Assembly (NCBI GenBank): GCA_963651605.1 | Contig: CAVJQR010000004.1 | Coordinates: forward strand, 1 to 35,979 | Length of the DNA stretch: 35,979 bases | Direction of reading: 5' to 3' | Source of the DNA: Agathobaculum sp. | GTDB taxonomy: Bacteria; Bacteroidota; Bacteroidia; Bacteroidales; Tannerellaceae | Part shown: positions 1 through 9,239 of the stretch, in pieces | Layout: the number at the start of each line of letters is the position of its first letter | Position numbering within the stretch: the first letter of the stretch is position 1 | Notes under the pieces: model-generated | Seen by the model: the letters and a program-made list of their open reading frames with translations, nothing else | Databases searched by the model: none | What the model was told of the DNA's origin: nothing | Made by a program: the position numbers and the translations under genes

Positions 1-102
1 CGAGGAATCCAGCCCTATCTTTTTTCCGCTCAAAAAGTTTTAGCGGACAGCAATACTTCTTTTTATGTAATGGAGGGTGAGCTGAAAAAGAAGTTTATAT
101 AC

Positions 103-136
103 AAAAAAAGAGTTAAGCATAAAGCTTAACTCTTTT
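103..136 (-). terminator. Intrinsic terminator downstream of tRNA-Pro
   Basis: Perfect 13-bp inverted repeat AAAAGAGTTAAGC (106-118) / GCTTAACTCTTTT (124-136); on the minus strand the stem ends in a T7 run. Confidence 0.8.
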
Positions 137-146
137 GGAGATTGGG

Positions 147-221
147 TCGGGATGACTGGATTCGAACCAGCGACAACACGCCCCCCAGACGTGTACTCTA
201 ACCGGGCTGAGCTACATCCCG
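147..221 (-). tRNA. tRNA-Pro(GGG)
   Basis: Reverse complement reads CGGGATG-TAGCTCAGCCCGGTTAGAGT-A-CACGT-CTGGGGG-GCGTG-TTGTC-GCTGG-TTCGAAT-CCAGT-CATCCCG-A. It has a 7-bp acceptor stem, a TTCGAAT T-loop and anticodon GGG. CCA is not encoded (followed by CCC). Confidence 0.96.
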
Positions 222-237
222 CTCTTGAATTCGGAGA

Positions 238-245
238 CAAAGGTA
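238..245 (-). promoter_or_regulatory. Bacteroidetes -7 promoter box (TACCTTTG) for tRNA-Pro
   Basis: Matches TAnnTTTG on the minus strand, 16 nt upstream of the tRNA 5' end. Confidence 0.65.
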
Positions 246-427
246 TACTATTTTGTGGAAAATCCCAACTTTTTTAAATGTTTTTTATGAGGAGGATGAG
301 TGTAATAACCTTAATTGGTTGAAAAATAACGAGTAAGGAGTGGACAAAAAATCGCATGGCGACTGCATTTTGAAGATTGTTGCTTGTGGGGAGTACGTCA
401 GCTATTTTATAACCCGACAATTCGATG

Positions 428-435
428 TATCTTTG
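428..435 (+). promoter_or_regulatory. -7 promoter box (TATCTTTG) for MATE-GH20-GH92 operon
   Basis: TAnnTTTG consensus 25 nt before ATG 461. Confidence 0.65.
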
Positions 436-460
436 CATGAACAATAATGAAAAATAATAT

Positions 461-1837
461 ATGTCAGAAAAACAATCGCCGTTGGTATTGGGAACGGAGC
501 CAATAGGGAAGCTATTGACGAAATTTGCCATTCCTTCTATCATCGCCATGACCGCCTCTTCGTTGTACAACATGACCGACAGTATCTTCATCGGGCAGGG
601 AGTCGGTGCGATGGCCATTGCCGGTTTGGCCTTGACCTTCCCCTTGATGAACTTGGCCGCTGCCGTCGGATCGTTGGTGGGAGTGGGAGCCTCCACACTG
701 GTATCCGTGAAGTTGGGACAAAAAGATTACAAAGGAGCCAATCGGGTGTTGGGCAATGTTTTCATGTTGAACTTGATCATGGGTATCGCCTTCACGATTA
801 TCTTCTTGCTTTTGTTGGAGCCTATCCTCTATTTCTTTGGAGCGAGCGAGCAGACCATGCCATACGCCAAGGAATATATGGAGGTCGTTTTATATGGAAA
901 CGTTATCACTCACATGTATTTGGGCTTGAATTCGGTGCTTCGCTCGTCGGGTTTTCCAAAGATGGCCATGATCGCCACGCTGGTGGCGGTGATCATCAAC
1001 TGTATCTTGACCCCGATCTTCATCTTTGGACTGGGGTGGGGCATTAAGGGGGCCGCATGGGCCACTGTCATTGCGCAAGCCATTTCGCTGACAGGGCAGT
1101 TGATTCATTTTGCTCGCCCCTCACAATTGCTTCATTTTCAGAAAGGAATTTATAAAATGCATCGCGAGATTATAGGCGGAATCTTCTCCATTGGCTTGTC
1201 GCCCTTCCTGATGAACATGTGTTCATGCTTGGTGGTGTTGCTGATCAACCTTGGCTTGAAAGAGCATGGTGGGGATATGGCGATTGGAGCATACGGCATT
1301 GTGAACCGAATATCGTTTCTTTTCGTTATGGTTATTATGGGTTTCAACCAGGGCATGCAGCCGATTGCCGGATATAATTTCGGTGCCCGCCTCTTTCCTC
1401 GCGTCTTGGAGGTGACACGGCTGACAACTTATTGGGGAGTAGGGGTAGCTTCGGTCGGATTCATCGTTTGTATGTTATGCCCGGCCGCCATCATTCGTTT
1501 CTTCACGACGGATGCCGAGCTGATAGCTGCTTCGGTTTATGGATTGCGCATCGTGTTTGCAGTCTTTCCGTTGGTAGGATTTCAGATGGTGGCCACGAAC
1601 TTTTTCATGTCTGTCGGCTTGTCGCGGATGGCCATCTTCTTGTCGTTGACGCGACAGATGCTTTTTTTGGTGCCATTGTTGCTGTTTTTGCCCCCGTTGT
1701 TGGGAACATTAGGGGTATGGATCAGCCTTCCTATCTCCGATTTGATTGCGACAGTGGTGGCATTAATACTGTTGCTCCGTCAGTTTGGAATCTTTAAGAG
1801 GAAAGAATTGGAAGAACAAATAAACACTCAAAAATAA
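461..1837 (+). CDS. MATE family efflux transporter (MepA-like)
   Basis: 458 aa with about 12 hydrophobic segments; N-terminal LGTEPIGKLL..FAIP..YNMTDSIFIG and GMQPIAGYNFGA motifs typical of MATE. Confidence 0.92.
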   Translation: MSEKQSPLVLGTEPIGKLLTKFAIPSIIAMTASSLYNMTDSIFIGQGVGAMAIAGLALTFPLMNLAAAVGSLVGVGASTLVSVKLGQKDYKGANRVLGNVFMLNLIMGIAFTIIFLLLLEPILYFFGASEQTMPYAKEYMEVVLYGNVITHMYLGLNSVLRSSGFPKMAMIATLVAVIINCILTPIFIFGLGWGIKGAAWATVIAQAISLTGQLIHFARPSQLLHFQKGIYKMHREIIGGIFSIGLSPFLMNMCSCLVVLLINLGLKEHGGDMAIGAYGIVNRISFLFVMVIMGFNQGMQPIAGYNFGARLFPRVLEVTRLTTYWGVGVASVGFIVCMLCPAAIIRFFTTDAELIAASVYGLRIVFAVFPLVGFQMVATNFFMSVGLSRMAIFLSLTRQMLFLVPLLLFLPPLLGTLGVWISLPISDLIATVVALILLLRQFGIFKRKELEEQINTQK

Positions 1838-1844
1838 TAAATCT

Positions 1845-4034
1845 ATGCAAACACCAAGAAAGACAATCAAAATGATGAAGGGAGTCCTGTTCATGGCTCT
1901 TGGGTGGACGTTTTTTGCATGTCAGCAAGCGGAACCACCCTCTTCTTTATGCTTGATTCCCGAGCCGGCAACTATCCGGCAAAAGGTCGGCATCTTTTCG
2001 GTAGACAGTGCCGAGCTTTTTGGAAAAACATCGGCACGAATTAATTTTTTGATCGATACCACTTTGGCAGGTTTGTCCGAGGAAGGGTATCAATTGGATG
2101 TGGATCGTGACGGTATCACGCTGAAGGCTACTACTGAAACAGGTCTGTTTTATGGTCAACAGACACTGCGCCAGTTGCTTACGCCCGATGGAGTTCCTTG
2201 TGTACATATAGTAGATACTCCACGTTTCCCATATCGTGGTTTGCATTTGGACGTTTCCCGCCATTTCTTTGGCAAGGAGGAGGTGTGCAAATTGATGGAT
2301 GCTATGGCTTCCTACAAATTGAACACGCTTCATCTTCATCTGACGGATGCCGGTGGATGGCGTGTAGCTATCGACAAATACCCGAAGTTGACTACCGACG
2401 GAGCTTTCCGCACGGAATCAGATTGGCGAAAGTGGTGGGACACTCCTACGGAACGCCGCTACCTCAAGGAGGGGACCGAGGGAGCGTATGGTGGATATTA
2501 TACGAAAGAAGATATTCGGGAGATAGTGGCTTATGCCGCACAAAAACATATACGCATCATACCGGAAGTGGAGTTCCCCGGCCATTCCAACGAAGTGTTT
2601 GCCGCCTATCCTGAATTGTGTTGCGAAGGAAAACCCTATTCGGGGGGTGATTTTTGCATTGGCAATCCCAAGACGGTAGAATTTATGGAGGATGTCCTGA
2701 CTGAAATCATGGAGTTGTTCCCTTCAGAGTATATTCACATCGGTGGCGATGAAGCGGGCAAAGACCATTGGAAGAGCTGTCCGAAGTGCCAACAACTGAT
2801 GAAAAAGATGCAAATGAAGGACGTCGATGAGCTGCAAAGCTACCTCATTCATAAAGCCGACTCCTTCCTTCAGTCGAAAGGCCGCAAGCTGATTGGCTGG
2901 GATGAGATATTGGAAGGAGGATTGGCCCCCGAAGCAACTGTCATGTCTTGGCGAGGAGAGGCGGCCGGATTCAAGTCGGCCCGTATGGGGCACGACGTGG
3001 TGATGACGCCCGGCAACTATATGTATTTCGACTTCTACCAAGCGGATCCGCGCAAACAACCGCATGCCATTGGCGGATATACTCCGATCAAGAAAGTATA
3101 CGGCTATGATCCTATCCCCAAAGACTCGTTGACGGCAGATGAAGCGCGCCATTTCTTGGGTGTGCAAGCCAATACATGGACGGAATATATTCCTACGACT
3201 GACTATTTGGAGTATATGATGTTCCCTCGTGCATTGGCCGTGGCCGAGATTGGATGGACCCCTCAAGAGAAACGCGACTGGAACAGTTTCAAACAACGCG
3301 TCAATGCGCATATTCCTTTGTTGCAACGAATGGGGCTGAATCCGTTCCCGCTTTCATACGAAATAGATTTCCATATGGATGTCGATACAATACAAAAAGA
3401 GATACGCGTCTCGTTGGATGCCGAGAAATACCCCGCCGAGATCCACTATACGACCGATGGCTCTACGCCGACATCCTCGTCTCCTGTCTATAAAGAAGCG
3501 ATCATTGTGAGAGACTCGGCCGAGATCAGGGCCGCCATCTTCGAAAATGGCCAACTGATGGGCGAGCCTTCTGCCAAGCGAATCGACTACCATCGGGGCA
3601 TCGGCAAGGCGATCCATTACAATAGTAAGCTCTACCCTGGCTATATGGCCGGAGGAACGGGGGCGTTGCTTGATGGTATCCGTGGAAGTTTGACCTATTT
3701 GGATGGTTGTTGGCAAGGCTATTTGAACGATTTGGACTGTGTCATTGACATGGGAGAGACGACAACCATCCACTCGGTTTCCTCCGAATGGATGCAACTG
3801 AAAGGGCCGTGGGTTTATCAGCCGGATGAAGTGGAGCTGTTGCTCTCAGACGATGGTGAAACATTCACCTCATGCGGAGTGATTCCGACGAGTGTGTCGC
3901 GCGACAATGCAGAATTGACCTTCGAAGAGTATGCTTTCCGTGGCGAATGGCAGGCACGCTATCTTCGGTTGAAGGCGAAGAATGGCTTACCGAACGGGGG
4001 CTTTATCTTCGTGGATGAGATTGTAATTTGGTAA
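1845..4034 (+). CDS. Beta-N-acetylhexosaminidase, GH20, probable lipoprotein with C-terminal FN3-like and F5/8C-like domains
   Basis: PRFPYRGLHLDVSRHF, HLHLTD and catalytic HIGGDEA motifs; lipobox-like FFAC; IHYTTDGSTPT module. The start may instead be 1872 or 1875. Confidence 0.92.
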   Translation: MQTPRKTIKMMKGVLFMALGWTFFACQQAEPPSSLCLIPEPATIRQKVGIFSVDSAELFGKTSARINFLIDTTLAGLSEEGYQLDVDRDGITLKATTETGLFYGQQTLRQLLTPDGVPCVHIVDTPRFPYRGLHLDVSRHFFGKEEVCKLMDAMASYKLNTLHLHLTDAGGWRVAIDKYPKLTTDGAFRTESDWRKWWDTPTERRYLKEGTEGAYGGYYTKEDIREIVAYAAQKHIRIIPEVEFPGHSNEVFAAYPELCCEGKPYSGGDFCIGNPKTVEFMEDVLTEIMELFPSEYIHIGGDEAGKDHWKSCPKCQQLMKKMQMKDVDELQSYLIHKADSFLQSKGRKLIGWDEILEGGLAPEATVMSWRGEAAGFKSARMGHDVVMTPGNYMYFDFYQADPRKQPHAIGGYTPIKKVYGYDPIPKDSLTADEARHFLGVQANTWTEYIPTTDYLEYMMFPRALAVAEIGWTPQEKRDWNSFKQRVNAHIPLLQRMGLNPFPLSYEIDFHMDVDTIQKEIRVSLDAEKYPAEIHYTTDGSTPTSSSPVYKEAIIVRDSAEIRAAIFENGQLMGEPSAKRIDYHRGIGKAIHYNSKLYPGYMAGGTGALLDGIRGSLTYLDGCWQGYLNDLDCVIDMGETTTIHSVSSEWMQLKGPWVYQPDEVELLLSDDGETFTSCGVIPTSVSRDNAELTFEEYAFRGEWQARYLRLKAKNGLPNGGFIFVDEIVIW

Positions 4035-4060
4035 GATTATTCGATAAACAAAAAAATAAA

Positions 4061-6310
4061 ATGATGATGAAGAAACAATTATGGGCACTGTTGTTGTGTG
4101 CGAGTATGGCTTCCGCCCAGCAACCGGTGGATTATGTCAACCCTTTCATCGGAACAAGCAACTTCGGTACGACCAACCCCGGAGCCGTTTGTCCGCAAGG
4201 ATTGATGAGTGTCACGCCATTCAATGTGATGGGTTCGGACAAGAACACTTTCGACAAAGACAGCCGTTGGTGGTCTACTCCCTACTCGTCGGACAACTGC
4301 TTCTTTACAGGGTTCTCCCATGTCAACTTGAGCGGTGTCGGTTGTCCCGACTTGGGCAGTTTGTTGTTGATGCCAACGAGCGGAGAATTGAACGTCGACT
4401 ACAAGCAATATGGTACGACGTACGAAAACGAAGTGGCCAAACCGGGCTATTACAGCAATCAATTGACGAAATACAACATCAAGACAGAGGTGACAGCCAC
4501 TCCTCATACAGGCTTGGCACGCTTCACTTTCCCGAAAGGCGAGGGCAACGTGTTGCTGAACTTGGGCGAAGGATTGACGAACGAGAGCGGTGCAACAGTT
4601 CGCTTTGTGAGCGATACCGAGATTGAAGGAACAAAGCTGATGGGTACTTTCTGCTACAATCCACAAGCCGTTTTCCCTATCTATTTTGTTATGAAGCTCG
4701 ACAAGGCTCCGAAAGAACGCGGCTATTGGAAAAAACAACGCGAAATGAAAGGGGTAGAGGCCGAGTGGGATATCTATTCGGGCAAGTACAAACTCTACAC
4801 CAGCTACGACCGCGAGATGAGTGGCGACGATATTGGCGTTTGGTTCAAGTATGATTTGGCCGAGAAAGAACAAGTGCAGGTGAAGATAGGTGTTTCCTTT
4901 GTGAGCATTGCCAATGCGCGCGAGAACTTGAACAAGGAGCAACCCGCTTTTGCTTTTGACGAGACCATGAAAAGTGCACGCGAGGCTTGGAACAAGGACT
5001 TGTCGCGTATCAAGGTGGAGGGTGGTACAAAAGACGAGAAAACCATCTTCTATACAGCCTTGTATCACCTCTTGATCCACCCCAATATCTTGCAGGATGT
5101 CAATGGTGAGTACCCGCAAATGGAAAGTTTGAAGGTGGGGCATACGGACGAGAATCGTTATACTGTCTTCTCATTGTGGGACACTTACCGCAATGTGAGC
5201 TCATTGATGACACTCTTGTTCCCTGACCGTCAGTTGGCTATTATCCATACGATGCTTGATATGTATAAGGAAAATGGTTGGTTGCCCAAGTGGGAGCTCT
5301 TTGGCCGTGAAACCTTTACCATGGAAGGCGACCCTTCTATCCCTTACATCGTCGATGCTTGGATGAAAGGATTGCGTGAGTTTGATGTCGACTTGGCTTA
5401 TGAAGCTATGCGAAAGGGGGCAACCACTCCGGGAGAATACAACTTGCTTCGTCCCGATGCCAACGATTATTTCTCGTTAGGGTATGTGCCTCTTCGTGAG
5501 CAATATGACAACTCTGTGTCGCATGCTTTGGAATATTACATTGCCGATTGGTCATTGAGCCGGTTCGCTTCTGCCTTGGGTAAGAAAGAGGATGCCCGCC
5601 TTTTCTACGACCGTTCGATGGGTTACAAACATTATTACAGCAAAGAGTACAGTGCACTTCGTCCGATAATGCCCGATGGTTCGTTCTATACTCCTTTCGA
5701 TCCGAAGCAGGGAGCCAACTTTGAGCCGTCGCCTGGCTTCCACGAAGGAAATTCGTGGAACTATACCTTCTATGTTCCGCACGATGTGAAAGGATTGGCC
5801 AAACTGATGGGCGGCAACAAGAAATTTGTAGCTAACCTGCAACGCGTCTTTGATGAGGGAGATTACGATCCGGCCAACGAACCGGATATCGCATATCCTT
5901 ACCTCTTCAGTTACTTTAAAGGGGAGGAGTGGCGTACGCAGAAGGAGGTTCACAATATTCTTGCGAACAGTTATCACAATGCTCCTAACGGTGTTCCGGG
6001 TAATGAAGATACAGGAACCATGTCGACATGGGCTATCTTGTCGATGATTGGTATCTATCCTGCTTGTCCGGGGTCGGCTGATTATATTCTCTCTTCGCCC
6101 GTGTTCGACAAGGTGACAATCCAACTCGATAAGAAGTACTATCCGAAAGGAGAACTGGTTATTACAGCCCCGCATAGTAAGTCCGGCGATATCTATATCC
6201 AACAGATGATGGTGGGCGGCAAGAAATGGAGCGGCTATTCCATCACACATCAGGAACTTGTCAATGCTGGTACTGTAGAATATACGCTGAGTGACCAGCC
6301 GAAGAAGTAA
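4061..6310 (+). CDS. GH92 alpha-mannosidase (alpha-1,2-mannosidase family)
   Basis: Signal peptide followed by DYVNPFIGT, GFSHVNLSGVGCPD, FSLWDTYR, SHALEY, NEPD and PGNEDTGTMS motifs. Start taken at the first ATG of the MMM run, not the TTG at 4028. Confidence 0.92.
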   Translation: MMMKKQLWALLLCASMASAQQPVDYVNPFIGTSNFGTTNPGAVCPQGLMSVTPFNVMGSDKNTFDKDSRWWSTPYSSDNCFFTGFSHVNLSGVGCPDLGSLLLMPTSGELNVDYKQYGTTYENEVAKPGYYSNQLTKYNIKTEVTATPHTGLARFTFPKGEGNVLLNLGEGLTNESGATVRFVSDTEIEGTKLMGTFCYNPQAVFPIYFVMKLDKAPKERGYWKKQREMKGVEAEWDIYSGKYKLYTSYDREMSGDDIGVWFKYDLAEKEQVQVKIGVSFVSIANARENLNKEQPAFAFDETMKSAREAWNKDLSRIKVEGGTKDEKTIFYTALYHLLIHPNILQDVNGEYPQMESLKVGHTDENRYTVFSLWDTYRNVSSLMTLLFPDRQLAIIHTMLDMYKENGWLPKWELFGRETFTMEGDPSIPYIVDAWMKGLREFDVDLAYEAMRKGATTPGEYNLLRPDANDYFSLGYVPLREQYDNSVSHALEYYIADWSLSRFASALGKKEDARLFYDRSMGYKHYYSKEYSALRPIMPDGSFYTPFDPKQGANFEPSPGFHEGNSWNYTFYVPHDVKGLAKLMGGNKKFVANLQRVFDEGDYDPANEPDIAYPYLFSYFKGEEWRTQKEVHNILANSYHNAPNGVPGNEDTGTMSTWAILSMIGIYPACPGSADYILSSPVFDKVTIQLDKKYYPKGELVITAPHSKSGDIYIQQMMVGGKKWSGYSITHQELVNAGTVEYTLSDQPKK

Positions 6311-6340
6311 AAGCCTACTATAAATAACACAATAATAAAA

Positions 6341-6381
6341 GCCATCCGGATGCCTCAAAAGGGGTGTCCGGGTGGCGTTTT
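6341..6381 (+). terminator. Intrinsic terminator after GH92
   Basis: 16-bp stem GCCATCCGGATGCCTC / GGGGTGTCCGGGTGGC (fully paired with G-U on the + transcript), AAAA loop, then GTTTT. Confidence 0.75.
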
Positions 6382-6493
6382 CAGAACCAAACCTTTCTTT
6401 TGTACCTGTTTTTTGTACACTCAATCGGCACCTCTTGAAAAAGAATATCATTTTCTAACCGCAACCACTCTTTTCTTTTTCGAATATTCTCTA

Positions 6494-6501
6494 TATCTTT
6501 G
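6494..6501 (+). promoter_or_regulatory. -7 promoter box (TATCTTTG) for dnaX
   Basis: TAnnTTTG 22 nt before ATG 6524, which argues against the 6350 start in the ORF track. Confidence 0.65.
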
Positions 6502-6523
6502 CTTGAAATTAATGCAGAGAAAA

Positions 6524-8290
6524 ATGGACAATTATATCGTATCGGCCCGAAAATATCGTCCTTCGACTTTCAAAGATGTGGTTGGTCAAAAGAACTTGAC
6601 CACTACGTTGAAGAACGCTATTCAGAACCATAAGTTGGCACATGCCTATCTCTTTTGTGGTCCGCGTGGCGTCGGCAAAACGTCTTGTGCCCGTATTTTT
6701 GCCAAAACGATCAATTGTCTGCACCCTACTGAGACGGGCGAAGCGTGCAATGCGTGCGAATCCTGCCAGGCATTCAACGAACAACGCTCGTACAACATCC
6801 GTGAATTGGATGCTGCTTCCAACAATTCTGTCGATGACATCCGCTCCTTGACCGATGAGGTGCGCGTCCCTCCCGCTATTGGTAACTATAAAGTATTCAT
6901 CATTGACGAGGTTCATATGCTTTCGTCGCAAGCATTCAATGCCTTCTTGAAGACTTTGGAAGAGCCCCCACGGCATGCTGTTTTCATTTTGGCGACAACG
7001 GAGAAGCATAAGGTGTTGCCTACTATCTTGTCCCGTTGCCAAACGTATGACTTTACGCGCATTACGGTTAGTGATATCGTGGAGCACTTGCAGTATGTCG
7101 CTTCGCAAGAGGGAATACAAACGGAAGCGGAGGCGTTGAATGTCATCGCCCAAAAAGCCGATGGTGGTATGCGCGATGCCCTCTCGATCTTCGATCAGGT
7201 GGCCAGTTTTACGAATGGAAACATCACCTATCAGGCGGTCATTCATGATCTCAATGTGTTGGATTATGAATATTATTTCCAATTGACGGAGGCCATCCTT
7301 GGGCGAAATGTCATGAAAGCGCTGTTGATTTTCAACGAGATATTGAACAAAGGGTTCGATGCACAGAACTTCATCACAGGATTGGCTACCCATTTCCGCG
7401 ATTTGTTGGTTTGTAAGAACGAAGAGACACTGGTATTGTTTGAGGTAGGTGCCTCTATTCGCGAGCATTACAAGAGCATGGCCAAGCAATGTCCGGACAC
7501 GTTTCTCTTCAAAGCTATTGAGTTGGCCAACACGTGTGACCTCAATTATCGCACCAGCCGCAACAAACGTTTGTTGGTGGAGCTGACTCTGATCCAACTT
7601 TGTCAATTGCAACAGTCGGCTGAAGAGGCAAAAAAAAAAGTTGAACTAAGGCCGGTTGAGGCTGCGGCAGCCACACAAACTACAACAACCACGGCACAGT
7701 CTGTATCGCCATCGACCGCTTCTGCATCAACGCAGGGAACGGTTGTGGTAGCGCCTACGCCGCCAACTGTCCAACGCCACGAGATCACGATGCCGTCACC
7801 CACTCCTGCTGTACGCAAGAGTCCGAAGGCGCCGATGGGAACCTCACTGAAAAGCTTTACTCAATCGAGGCAGCCATCTGCATCTGCCGGTACAACGGCG
7901 ACAAACGCAACTGCTTCGACGGATATGAGCACGCCTTATACGGAAGAGGAACTGCGGACGCAATGGGTGGCATATGCCCATAAAATAGAGAAAAATGCCT
8001 ATCTGCAAAACATCATGCTGAACAATCTTCCCACGAAGCAAGAGAACGATTTTATTGAAGTGGGCATTCACAACCCGGGAATGCAAGAGGAGTTGTTCAA
8101 CAATACGGTCGATATTCTGACGTTCTTGCGCAGTCGGTTGAAGAATAGTCATATCCAGTTGCGTGTCCGCATGATGAAGTCGAATGAAAAGCATTTGGCT
8201 TATACGCCGACAGAAAAGTACAATCACATGCTGGAAATCAATCCTCTGATTGCCAAGTTGCGCGATGAATTCAAACTACGACTCGAATGA
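6524..8290 (+). CDS. dnaX: DNA polymerase III subunit tau/gamma
   Basis: YIVSARKYRP, Walker A GPRGVGKT, Zn-binding C..CNACESC, ELDAAS, IDEVHML, LKTLEEPP and TILSRC motifs. 588 aa from ATG 6524, with a Thr/Pro/Ala-rich linker after residue ~375. Confidence 0.96.
   Translation: MDNYIVSARKYRPSTFKDVVGQKNLTTTLKNAIQNHKLAHAYLFCGPRGVGKTSCARIFAKTINCLHPTETGEACNACESCQAFNEQRSYNIRELDAASNNSVDDIRSLTDEVRVPPAIGNYKVFIIDEVHMLSSQAFNAFLKTLEEPPRHAVFILATTEKHKVLPTILSRCQTYDFTRITVSDIVEHLQYVASQEGIQTEAEALNVIAQKADGGMRDALSIFDQVASFTNGNITYQAVIHDLNVLDYEYYFQLTEAILGRNVMKALLIFNEILNKGFDAQNFITGLATHFRDLLVCKNEETLVLFEVGASIREHYKSMAKQCPDTFLFKAIELANTCDLNYRTSRNKRLLVELTLIQLCQLQQSAEEAKKKVELRPVEAAAATQTTTTTAQSVSPSTASASTQGTVVVAPTPPTVQRHEITMPSPTPAVRKSPKAPMGTSLKSFTQSRQPSASAGTTATNATASTDMSTPYTEEELRTQWVAYAHKIEKNAYLQNIMLNNLPTKQENDFIEVGIHNPGMQEELFNNTVDILTFLRSRLKNSHIQLRVRMMKSNEKHLAYTPTEKYNHMLEINPLIAKLRDEFKLRLE
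7630..7649 (+). other. Putative programmed slippage/frameshift site in dnaX (A10 run)
   Basis: GCA AAA AAA AAA GTT GAA CTA AGG; TGA at 7642-7644 in the -1 frame and TAA at 7647-7649 in the +1 frame. Confidence 0.75.
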
Positions 8291-9057
8291 AACAAACACT
8301 CTCTATTGGTATTCTTTCCCTGCTGTTGCTTCTTGCCTCGGCTTTCTCGCCATTAAGCGCACAAGAGGCGGCAGATAGTGTGGCAGTGCCGCAAACTGCT
8401 TCCGTCGTGGAATACAAGTTCAAGCCTACTTCGTTGATACTTCCTGCTTCGTTGATAGCGGTGGGAGCGGCAGGCTCTGCCATTGACGGCATGAAAGACT
8501 ATCATCTTTTTTCGCGCAAAGACTCGGTGACGCAGATCAAAGTAGACAACTATCTTGAGTGGGGCATGCTGGGATGGGTTTTTGTTTGCGACTTGATGGG
8601 AAAAGAAAAACACCGGTGGACGGACCAATTGGCACTGGTGGCATTGGGCGAGGTGATCAACGCCGGACTGACACGCGGTATCAAGGTGCTGGTAGACGAG
8701 CGACGCCCCGACGGCGGAGTCCACTCTTTTCCGTCAGGACATACAGCCAATGTTTTTCTTGGAGCGCATATAGCCTACAAAGAGTTCAAAGAGAGCAACC
8801 CTTGGCTGGCCTATTCCGGCTATGCTGTTGGTTTGTTCGTGGCAGGTTCGCGGGTATACAACAACAGACATTGGGTATCGGATGTCGTAGCGGGTGCCGG
8901 CTTTGGTATTCTTTCCGCCGAGCTTTCCTATCTGATCTATTTCCCTATTCGGAATGCAATTGCCCAACGCATCAATCTCCGTGCTTCAAAACGGTTGGTG
9001 GTTACGCCTACTTTCCAGACAGATGGAGGTGGCTTTTATCTCTCTTATTCATTCTGA
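8287..9057 (+). CDS. PAP2-family phosphatase, with signal peptide
   Basis: K..VDERRP, SFPSGH and SRVYNNRHWVSDV motifs; ATGA overlap with the dnaX stop. Confidence 0.88.
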   Translation: MKQTLSIGILSLLLLLASAFSPLSAQEAADSVAVPQTASVVEYKFKPTSLILPASLIAVGAAGSAIDGMKDYHLFSRKDSVTQIKVDNYLEWGMLGWVFVCDLMGKEKHRWTDQLALVALGEVINAGLTRGIKVLVDERRPDGGVHSFPSGHTANVFLGAHIAYKEFKESNPWLAYSGYAVGLFVAGSRVYNNRHWVSDVVAGAGFGILSAELSYLIYFPIRNAIAQRINLRASKRLVVTPTFQTDGGGFYLSYSF

Positions 9058-9079
9058 TCATAGCCATAATTGCCGAAGC

Positions 9080-9128
9080 AAAAAATAAAGGTGCACGGAC
9101 TATTGTATAATCCATGCACCCTTTTCTT
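9080..9128. terminator. Bidirectional intrinsic terminator between PAP2 and DUF1080
   Basis: Stem GGTGCACGGA (9090-9099) / TCCATGCACC (9111-9120), with an A-tract on the left and CTTTTCTT on the right, between convergent genes. Confidence 0.7.
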
Positions 9129-9156
9129 AATCATCGTCATGAAGAGCGGAAAAATC

Positions 9157-9230
9157 ATGCCGAGCTTTTTTGAAAATGTTCGGTGCCTTTTATAAAAAAG
9201 CACGGGACCTTTTTCATAAAAGCTCGGCAT
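9157..9230. repeat. 74-bp imperfect palindrome (REP/MITE-like)
   Basis: Perfect 13-bp terminal IR ATGCCGAGCTTTT / AAAAGCTCGGCAT; the inner arms TGAAAATGTTCGGTGCCTTTT and AAAAAGCACGGGACCTTTTTCA are also largely complementary. Confidence 0.75.
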
Positions 9231-9239
9231 CTTTATCCA

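Noticed and set aside
147..221. tRNA-Pro as an integration site of an island
   Set aside because: No integrase and no duplicated tRNA 3' end seen. The 3' side faces the window edge, so it cannot be assessed further.
40..240. 66-aa ORF at the left edge
   Set aside because: It overlaps the tRNA and its terminator, so it is spurious.
6350..6523. Extended N-termini in the ORF track (dnaX 6350, tolC 13547, AraC 13537, lon 20503, fadL 24687, GH78 30028, yhhQ 30887)
   Set aside because: The extensions run through terminators, -7 promoter boxes, leader hairpins or repeats; family motifs and signal peptides begin at the downstream ATGs.
7660..7672. GGCTG-CGG-CAGCC hairpin as a ribosomal frameshift stimulator in dnaX
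   Set aside because: It is only 5 bp and lies 20 nt from the A run, farther than the usual 5-9 nt.
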